Below are positions 1 through 7,400 of a DNA stretch of 8,652 nucleotides, one piece after another. The stretch spans positions 1-8,652 of the forward strand of contig NW_021828410.1 in assembly GCF_006345805.1 (NCBI RefSeq). The letters are read 5' to 3'. The notes beneath the pieces were generated by a model, which was given only the letters and a program-made list of their open reading frames with translations, was not told where the DNA came from and searched no databases. Origin of the DNA: Octopus sinensis (lineage: Eukaryota). Made by a program: the position numbers and the translations under genes. Every line of letters begins with the position of its first letter. Positions within the stretch are counted from its first letter, which is position 1.

Positions 1-201
1 CCTATCGACACGCAGGATGACAGAAATGGCTGGGTACAATAACAGTGTTCATAGCGAGGTAAATTACCTATGAAGCTATCCAGGTGTTAGTAGAATACTG
101 TCGATATATAAGTACCAAATCCAGTTTAAAAGGATGTAACTCACGTTTGATTCTAGGTGCACCGTATGTATAAAAAGGAACACACGTTCTTTTTATATGC
201 C

Positions 202-373
202 TACACGCGCGCACACACACATGCACACGCACACACACACATACACACATTTGTGTGTGTTTATGTATTACGTAAGCACCTATATATTTAAGTGTATGCA
301 TACATAAATATATGCACACGCACACACACACATACACACATTCATATGTATATATGTATATATATAAACACAC
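202..373. repeat. Compound (CA)n/(TG)n/(TA)n microsatellite
   Basis: Imperfect CA, TG and TA dinucleotide runs; explains ORFs 68..517 and 292..498. Confidence 0.9.
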
Positions 374-461
374 ATCTGTTTCGAATTTTGTATAACTATT
401 TTCAATATAAAAGACAATATGGTGTTTATAAGTACTTTCAGAGATTTGTGAATTTTCGTTG

Positions 462-883
462 TCTTTTACAAGGATTGAACGGCAGTTTTTTAAAATAATT
501 TCCACGTAACTAAACACTTTTAAACTTCGTATACTGGTAGAATGTGTTTATAAAACATCTTTTTCTCTTGGCTTTATTAAGAAAATTCTATAGTTTGTAA
601 GATATTTGTTGTTTTTTTTCTTCAATTTCTGCAATTTCAACCAATCAATGACGTCTATTGAGGTGAAAACATTCTGTGCCGTATGAATATATCCCTCGTT
701 TAAGAAACAGATTGGGTTTATTTATATTTCTGAAGAAAAAAGATACCCTTCCCCCAACCCCTAACCCTAACCCTAACCCTAAAACAGATTGAAATGCAAT
801 AGATCGATACTAGGGTCATAATTATGGGTGACAATTTCATATGATACCGCAAGAAAAAACTGCCGTTCAAACCGAAAACATCC
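462..883. mobile_element. MITE-like non-autonomous DNA transposon (MITE-1, about 420 bp)
   Basis: Perfect 17-bp inverted repeat TTGAACGGCAGTTTTTT (475-491) / AAAAAACTGCCGTTCAA (854-870), extending imperfectly to about 462 and 883. No coding capacity. Left end degenerate and no clear TSD. Confidence 0.8.
759..782. repeat. Short interstitial telomere-type repeat (CCCTAA)4 inside MITE-1
   Basis: CCCTAACCCTAACCCTAACCCTAA read directly; TTAGGG is the common metazoan telomere unit. Confidence 0.9.
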
Positions 884-1487
884 GATATATCGATATTTTT
901 GATTGATTGCTATGTTGTTATATTTCTCTTTGATTAGTCTGAATGTAAGCAATATTCGTACCTTTCGTTCTCAGTTATGTAATATAATGAGATAAAATAA
1001 AGCTTCTTTTAACAGAGATTACCCTCGCAGTTAAGCGGGAAACAAGTCTCTCTAGAAATCGTGACAATAAATAAAGGGAAACACAAGAATATCAACGAAT
1101 GGAAATGCTTGTAAAGTGTCGCCAATGTGAATGAGAGTTGACACAGGGCCGTTGTAGCAACAATGCGGGTCCTTTCCCTGGACAAGACAATGCAAAAGAT
1201 CCTCTGCTCATTTTTATTGGCAGTAAATATAGTATACATAGGATGGAATTGGGTCTCTAGACGTGTGGTGGGGGCGGGTAACTGGTCAGTGCGCGCATGC
1301 CTTCAGATGGTTCTGAGTACAACCATTTCCAGCTCAGTATTTAGCTTACCAACATATACTCTCAATGGTTTCATCGTATATGTACATACATACATGTGAA
1401 AAATTATATGGTAATGGACAATATGTCCAATTTTCGGCATATTTGGCATTAGAAACTTTTTCGTTTGCCCTTATTTATAAGTTGTTT

Positions 1488-1615
1488 ACATACATACGTA
1501 TTCATATACGCACGCACTCTCACACACACACACACTCACATACACACACACATTTATATATACACATATACACGCAAACAAACATAAACACAAACACATT
1601 TACGTACGTGTGTGT
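1488..1615. repeat. Imperfect (CA)n/(TACA)n microsatellite
   Basis: CA-rich low-complexity tract. Confidence 0.85.
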
Positions 1616-2010
1616 TTACGTTCGCCTCAGAGACTGGACGTGTTTTCTAGTCGCTCTGTTTTTTTTTATTTCTTTAGTCATGTATTTCTCGTGTTTGTAG
1701 ATCTATTTATTCATTTATGGAATAAATAGTTCTAAGTTACTCTTTCTTTTCCTAAGAGACATAGCAATACTAACTTAGCTGTTACTAACCTAACATTTTT
1801 CTGATTGTTTGAACACTCTAATTCACCTTCGGGATATATTTTCATTTATGTACCATATATTTTGATGTCGATTACATCCGTTTCTATATCTACATTGACG
1901 AATGTGGATTTAGAAATTGTGACAAAAGATATTCTATAAGCTCTCCAGACAATTTACCTAATTTTAGTTAGGATGGATTGCTTGAAACGTGAGGACAGAA
2001 GCTGATTGCA

Positions 2011-2070
2011 TCCGCTTACGTTCTGTGTTCAAATCTCGCTATGGTCAACGTGACGTTTCATTCTTGTGGA
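2011..2070 (+). mobile_element. Degenerate fragment of SINE type B (B-box region)
   Basis: TTACGTTCTGTGTTCAAATCTCGCTATGGTCAACGTGACGTTTCATTCTT aligns to the minus-strand SINE B at about 6562-6612 (TTACGTTCTGAGTTCAAATTCCGCCGAGGTCGACTTTGCTTTTCATCCTT). Confidence 0.7.
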
Positions 2071-2929
2071 ATAGCTAAAGTCCTGATCTGTCAGACGGTA
2101 GTGGTGATCGTTGACAGAGAAAGGTGGAAGACGAAACACACAACTGACAGAAAGTATGTATAAGAAAACGGAACTTCCTAGATCTTGCAGGGATGTATAT
2201 GGCATGTATTGCTCTCTGCGTGTCACAGATGAACACTCACAAGGATCACGAAAATGTACTGGAGCGACGCTTTAAGACATTGGGATGCGTCATTCGTTGG
2301 AGAAGGCTTTCGTCTGCAGCAAATATCCATTCTCCAGAAGTCACTTATTTCCCTTCTTGTGATACGTGAAATGAAGCAAAATAAGGTGACCCATGTATTA
2401 CACCTTTATCTGCCTTCTTAAAGCAATATTAAAGGATGCTATCCACCCATAAGAGATAACTTGACAAGATTAAATTTGAAGTCTCCATCCAATAGTCAAC
2501 AGGTGAATGCTCAGCTTATCATTCATCTCGTATGAATGCAAGTGTTAAAAGTTATTTACTTAAACACTTTATAGATATAACAATTTCTAAAAACAAATGT
2601 TTTCCTCACCATGCTGTAGGTTAAGCTAGCCAAAGTTTGCCTTGTTAAAGTCAACTCCGGAGCTAAACACCACCACTACCACCTCTACCAGACATAACAA
2701 GAATGGATCTTTGTGGTTTTTGTCACTGTTACAATTATCTTTAAAAAATTATTTTAATGTATCATATAGATGTAATTTTTGACGCTGAATCTGAATTCAT
2801 TTATCCTAGAAAAAATTTGCAAAAAATGTTATAGGATTTCAAAGTTTGATAATTTTCAGAATTTTCAGCCTCTTCCATCAGCAGGGTAGGGGTGGGGGCA
2901 TCGGCATACCAAAACATTAAACTAGCTAC

Positions 2930-3111
2930 GCGAGCAAATTCAATATTTAAAAGATACGAACAAACAAACCAACAGGAGTTGCTAGAAATAACTGTCAAAA
3001 CATTAAAATATACACGAGTAAAGTTAATATTAAAACATTTGCGAGCAAATTAAATATTTAAAAGCTACAAACAAGCCAATAGGAGTTGCTAGAAATAACA
3101 GTCAAAATATT
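2930..3111. repeat. Internal direct repeat (about 72-75 bp, two copies) in MITE-2
   Basis: GCGAGCAAATT.AATATTTAAAAG...AGGAGTTGCTAGAAATAAC.GTCAAAA.ATT at 2930-3004 and 3041-3111. Confidence 0.9.
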
Positions 3112-3331
3112 GTTTAAAAGACATTTATTAGTTTTTAAAAAATTCAAGAACAAAAGTTTGCAATACACTCTAGGATTTTATAAAATAAACCATCTTTCTC
3201 GTATCTCCTTCTCTACATAAATTCACAAAGATAAGAGTCAACCATGCCCAAGTACTTTCAATTTGTTAAATGTGAGTCCCATCTGTTATGAAAACAAACA
3301 ATTGTACAACAAGTGGTGGTTATACTCCTTG

Positions 3332-3476
3332 TGCGCATGCGCAGCATCTTTGGTTACTATGGAAACAAAGTTCTTTGGGATCAGCTGTGGAACACGTGGT
3401 CCTTCTTTGTTTTGGTTACTATAGAAATAGATTTCTTCGTCACGATGAAGTCTAAAATACTCGCTTCTGATTGGCT
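3332..3476. promoter_or_regulatory. Cluster of transcription-factor-like motifs inside MITE-2
   Basis: TGCGCATGCGCA (NRF1-type palindrome, 3332-3343); X-box-like GTTACTATGGAAAC (3353-3366) and GTTACTATAGAAAT (3415-3428); E-boxes CAGCTG (3382-3387) and CACGTG (3393-3398); CTGATTGGCT (NF-Y, 3467-3476). Function not shown. Confidence 0.4.
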
Positions 3477-3673
3477 AAAATACTTAATTTTTGCAAATTT
3501 TAATGGCTAATAACTTTTTTTAATTATGGATTTATAAGAAAAATGAGTTTCATTTTCATAATTAGTATACAAAACTTAATCCATATACCAAATTTGAAAA
3601 CGGTATAAAATTGTAAACAGTGACGAAAACTACAAAGATTCCCAAGAAGAGCCACAAAAATATTGACAACACC

Positions 3674-3714
3674 TATTTCTTTATTACCCACAAGGGGCTA
3701 AACACAGAGGGGAC
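3674..3714 (-). mobile_element. 3' tail fragment of SINE type B
   Basis: TATTTCTTTATTACCCACAAGGGGCTAAACACAGAGGGGAC is nearly identical to 6445-6485. Confidence 0.85.
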
Positions 3715-3732
3715 GCCGACAACGAGAGTGAT

Positions 3733-3830
3733 ATTCTTTCATTCTTTTACATATTTCAGTCACAGCACTGCAATCATGCTGATGCACCACTTTCAGCCTT
3801 TTATTTAATAAATCATGTCGACCCTAGGAT
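3733..3830 (-). mobile_element. Degenerate 3' part of a SINE type A relative
   Basis: CACTGCAATCATGCTGATGCACCACTTT (about 3766-3793) matches the reverse complement of AAAGGTGGTGCTCCAGCATGGCCGCAGTC (about 5477-5505). TCGACCCTAGG (about 3818-3828) matches the reverse complement of CCCGGGGTCGA. Confidence 0.7.
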
Positions 3831-4061
3831 TTGTTTGCTATATCTTGTTTCATCGATCTTGCAAGGTACGAAATGCAAACTGGATATCGGTAGGTACAAT
3901 GGAAAGTATCTTGATCAGATCGTACGCATTGGTTTTTATTCACACCATGCTGAGATAAAGTAAATCAGTAAATGTGAAGAAACTATGGAGGTTCTACTTA
4001 GGCAAAAAATGAAGTGGAAATAATCGAAACAGTGGGATATATTTGATGTAGTCAAGAAAGA

Positions 4062-4356
4062 AAACCTGACGTTTCAGACATTTGTTCTTCTGCAGACAGA
4101 CACACGAATCCATCCGTCTTTATAGTCCACTATTCCTGTGTTTGTCGTAAAAATAGACACCACTGATGTCTTTCAGTGGATTCTATCAGAAACAAACGCC
4201 AACAGATCTCCCGGCTGGAGTCCTGTGTAATACAAACCGATATATAAATAAATGCTTTTAACACTGTGGTACCAAAATACCACAGTGTCAGAATGAAGAA
4301 CTGATGCAGAGAAATGATGTTGAGGGGTAGATGTGAAGGGAAAGAGTATGGAAAGC

Positions 4357-4389
<33 letters not shown>

Positions 4390-4830
4390 GCGATGGTGTA
4401 AGTTGAGTGGGAGTAAGGCAATTAGGGAGGGAGGAAGTAAAATGTGGTTGTCGGGTGATCGAACTAGTGGGTGGGATTGTGGAGGAGAGGTAAATTGGGT
4501 GATGAGACGATGAGTTTAAGGACAATAAGATATAAAAGCGAGAACAAGGCAAACTGCAGCGGAGAGGGAGAGAGAATGTAGTTGAAGGAGTGGTCAGAGG
4601 AGTGGAAGGAGGCTCGTAGGAGAAAATTATAAACAAAGTCAGTTCGCGGCAGGGGACTGGAATGTTAGGAGTGGTGGAGAGAATCGAGACCGAAAGTGTG
4701 AGGACAAGAAGGAAGAGGTGGGGACAGAGTGGTGAGGTGGAGGGGAAGGTTTAATGATAAAAATAGAACACCAACAGGTGCTATATTTGCAAGAACTTAA
4801 AGTGACTCCATTATGTGCATTAGCATAACA
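4062..4830 (-). mobile_element. Possible decayed 3' end of a Penelope-like retroelement
   Basis: Minus-strand order: weak peptide ESL*VLANIAPVGVLF (about 4760-4810), reminiscent of the E..LI..L.T..P.GLN end of PLE GIY-YIG domains; a long pyrimidine-rich tract (4310-4750); hairpins; then a decayed hammerhead-like motif (4100-4062). Similarity judged by eye. Confidence 0.35.
4357..4389. repeat. (TAT)11 microsatellite
   Basis: Perfect trinucleotide run; gives the poly-Asn of ORF 4130..4636. Confidence 0.95.
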
Positions 4831-4841
4831 TACCCCCCTCA

Positions 4842-4949
4842 ACACTCACAATACACGCACATATACACGAAAACGGACACGCAAATACATACCTATGTAC
4901 TTGCACACATGCAGATAGATACATTTATACACACATTTAGACCCATACA

Positions 4950-4990
<41 letters not shown>

Positions 4991-5094
4991 TATATAAGTA
5001 AACACAGGCATATACATACATACAAACATACATACAATACAATACATACACACATATACAATACAATACATATATATATATTTCTATGTATGTA

Positions 5095-5144
<50 letters not shown>
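4842..5144. repeat. Compound (CA)n/(TACA)n/(TA)n microsatellite
   Basis: Perfect CA run at about 4952-4987 and TA run at about 5105-5144 within an imperfect tract. Confidence 0.92.
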
Positions 5145-5146
<2 letters not shown>

Positions 5147-5505
5147 CGTAGGAGTGGCTGTGTGTTAAGTAGCTTGCTTACCAACCACATAGTTCCGGGT
5201 TCAGTCCCACTGCGTGGTACCTTGGGCAAGTGTCTTCTTCTATAGCCGACCAAAGCTTGTGAGTGGATTTGGTAGACGGAAACTCAAAGAAGCCCGTCGT
5301 ATATATGTATATATATGCGTGTGTCTGTTTGTGTGTCTGTGTTTGTCCTCCTAGCATTGCTTGACAACCGATGCTGGTGTGTTTATGTTCCCGTAACTTA
5401 GCGGTTCGGCAAAAGAGACCGATAGAATAAGTACTGGACTTACAAAGAATAAGGCCCGGGGTCGATTTGCTCGACTAAAGGTGGTGCTCCAGCATGGCCG
5501 CAGTC
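5145..5505 (+). mobile_element. tRNA-derived SINE (type A), near full length, 3' tail missing
   Basis: Starts GGCGTAGGAG. A-box-like TGGCTGTGTGT (5155-5165) and B-box GGTTCAGTCCC (5198-5208), followed by CORE-like ACCTTGGGCAAGT. Internal TA/TG microsatellite at about 5300-5345, then a second module ending CCAGCATGGCCGCAGTC. Partial copies at 3733-3830 and 6667-6701. Confidence 0.9.
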
Positions 5506-5824
5506 TTGACACTCTTACAAGAGGAGTAGTAAAATATTACCAGCGAATATTTGCTTTCATTGGTCGAAAGAATGTCAAGAGTATGCTTTGCAGTGATCAA
5601 GAGCAAGGATAGATATTTCGATGAGTCTAAGGTTTAGAGTTTTTCTCTGATATTTTTTTTTTCACGGTTTTGTTTAGTTGCTGAGTTATGTCATCCAATG
5701 AATGTAACTATACATTAATAAAATATTTCACCAGAATCTCTCAGCTATTTCCATTTTGTAGATGTTTTTTTCAAAACGGTTTTTCTTAAAAGTCGATAAG
5801 GCGAGTTGGGCTTAACCCTTGGCA

Positions 5825-5896
5825 CAGAAAGACCCACTGATGAGAATTGAGATGCTGTACATCAGAATTCGAAATCACGTGATATGGATATATCTG
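5825..5896 (+). ncRNA. Type I hammerhead ribozyme (Penelope/retrozyme-like, palindromic stem III)
   Basis: Core CTGATGA 5837-5843. Stem II GAATT/AATTC (5844-5848/5866-5870) plus GATG/CATC (5851-5854/5860-5863). GAAA 5871-5874. Palindrome ATCACGTGAT 5874-5883. NUH triplet ATA 5882-5884. Stem I CAGAAAGACCCA (5825-5836) / TGGATATATCTG (5885-5896) with 9 of 12 pairs in register. Confidence 0.8.
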
Positions 5897-6330
5897 CTAC
5901 TTCAGATATATGATTAAAGAAGCTTTCTCTGAGTCGTGACACTTTCAGAGATTTGTGAATACGTAACAAGAGTGTTCACATACATGTATGTGTGTGTGTG
6001 TCGATTTACTTACACTTGTGTAATTGGGGCAGGTATTTATTTTGTACATGTGCTTATATGTGTTTCCTCTCTCAGTGTGTGCATGCATGCTGTATACACA
6101 CACATGAAAGCGTGGATATATTCATTCCAGGAAACTAGAATGGAGAATATTTGGAATGTTTTACAAGTTGTCAAGTACCATGTCTGGAATTAAAGGATGT
6201 GAGTCAGTTTATTTTCTGGCTATTATGCAAATCTATTGTTGTACAATGTAGTACATCTATGATAATAGATGGCAATGAGAATTTATAACGTAGTTAAACT
6301 GCAATTTCTGCATTAGTTTACAATGTTCTT

Positions 6331-6385
6331 TCTTCCCCCGCGTTAGAGGTCTTTCCCCGCGTTAGAAGTCTTCCCCCGCATTAGA
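6331..6385. repeat. 19-bp minisatellite, about 3 copies
   Basis: TCTTCCCCCGCGTTAGAGG / TCTTTCCCCGCGTTAGAAG / TCTTCCCCCGCATTAGA. Confidence 0.92.
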
Positions 6386-6444
6386 TGAGACATTGACATC
6401 TTATGACCAGCTAAACTCTAAGAGTGTATGTTAAGAACCATATA

Positions 6445-6664
6445 TATTTCTTTATTGCCCACAAGGGGCTAAACATAGAGGGGACAAACAAGGACAGACA
6501 AAGGGATTAAGTCGATCACATCGACCCCAGTGCGAAACTGGTACTTTATTTATCGACCCCGAAAGGATGAAAAGCAAAGTCGACCTCGGCGGAATTTGAA
6601 CTCAGAACGTAAAGACAGACGAAATACCGCTAAGTATTTCACCCGACGCACTAACGTATCTGCC
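6445..6664 (-). mobile_element. tRNA-derived SINE (type B), slightly 5'-truncated
   Basis: Minus strand reads GGCAGATACGTTAG (partial A box), then GAGTTCAAATTCC (B box, 6603-6591), TTTCATCCTTTCGGGGTCGATAAA and CCCCTTGTGGGCAATAAAGAAATA. Partial copies at 2011-2070 and 3674-3714. Confidence 0.9.
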
Positions 6665-6666
6665 GT

Positions 6667-6701
6667 ATAGTTCCGAGTTCAGTCCTACTGCGTGGCACCT
6701 T
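6667..6701 (+). mobile_element. B-box fragment of SINE type A
   Basis: ATAGTTCCGAGTTCAGTCCTACTGCGTGGCACCTT matches 5189-5223 at 32 of 35 positions. Confidence 0.85.
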
Positions 6702-7400
6702 ACACGACTTTTTATTCCTTGTCCACATAATGCAATAATGCGTCTATAGTGTTTCACAGGGTTGCTTGTTTTTATTGGATTGCTCCAGCAGTGCTCCTTA
6801 TTTTCAGAAATGTGCATAAATTCTTGTTTTCCCGTACCCTTCGTACGGTCGACAGGACAATCCTTCCTGTAAATAAAACTGCAAATATTTTGCGTAGTAA
6901 AGTCATGTCTCCTGGGATGGTAGTATTTTGGAGACATAGTTTATTTGGTATATTTGATGTAGAGATGTGAATTCATCATTGTCTCTCAGATATTTAGTAG
7001 CTATTACGTGTTCATAAACATCAGAGACAAATCCTTCTAGGTGAAATGCGATATATCTAATACGGATCTAGGAATGGCTATTCTTACTGCTAATGTTGTT
7101 TGTGTTCCCTAACATCCACACATAACTTTCTACTGATGAGTGTTTCTCCTCAAAGTTTTTTTTAACGGTTGCTCAGTCCAACTACTGTTGAATTATGTTG
7201 AAATGCTGCATACACTTATTCAGGAATTATGCATCTACATTACGATGTTATTATTTCCCCGTTGAATAAATATGGGTTGTACATATTTCTTATTTTACTG
7301 TTCAGTGGATGTTCCTGTGATAGGATGCAGAACCCAGAGTCTGTTTAAACCGATTTCATGCCTCCATTTATCTTTTACCGTAAATCTTCTCAGATTCCTG
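6702..7400 (-). pseudogene. Possible heavily decayed transposon-derived ORF remnant
   Basis: Non-repetitive sequence with frameshifted minus-strand peptides YLRDNDEFTSL, FTGRIVLSTVRRVRENKNLCTFLKIRSTAGAI and RRIIALCGQGIKSRV. These loosely recall uncharacterised invertebrate transposon proteins (from memory only). Boundaries uncertain. Confidence 0.22.

Larger units (their letters stand above)
2704..3643. mobile_element. MITE-like non-autonomous DNA transposon (MITE-2, about 940 bp)
   Basis: TIRs of about 33 bp: GGATCTTTGTGGTTTTTGTCACTGTTACAATT (2705-2736) versus the reverse complement of 3609-3643, GGGAATCTTTGTAGTTTTCGTCACTGTTTACAATT. Candidate 5-bp TSD AAGAA at 2699-2703 and 3644-3648. Confidence 0.85.

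Noticed and set aside
1-64. Possible exon end LSTRRMTEMAGYNNSVHSE followed by donor-like GAG|GTAAAT
   Set aside because: Too short, cut by the window edge, and no recognisable domain.
68-517. 149-aa ORF and overlapping 68-aa ORF
   Set aside because: Frames are kept open by dinucleotide microsatellite and run into a MITE.
1009-1700. Three short ORFs with hydrophobic stretches
   Set aside because: No motifs; composition explained by T-rich and CA-repeat DNA.
4130-4845. 168-aa and 68-aa Ser/Pro/Thr-rich ORFs
   Set aside because: Artefacts of the pyrimidine-rich strand and (AAT)n repeat.
5145-5215. tRNA gene
   Set aside because: A and B boxes are present but there is no proper cloverleaf, and the sequence continues into a SINE body.
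6331-6385. CRISPR-like repeats
   Set aside because: Units are contiguous with no spacers, there are no cas genes, and the context is eukaryotic.
6602-6970. 111-aa and 73-aa ORFs as genes
   Set aside because: The longer one reads into SINE sequence; neither has a recognisable intact domain.
7133-7160. CTGATGAG as another hammerhead core
   Set aside because: No stem II closed by GAAA and no stem III or stem I.
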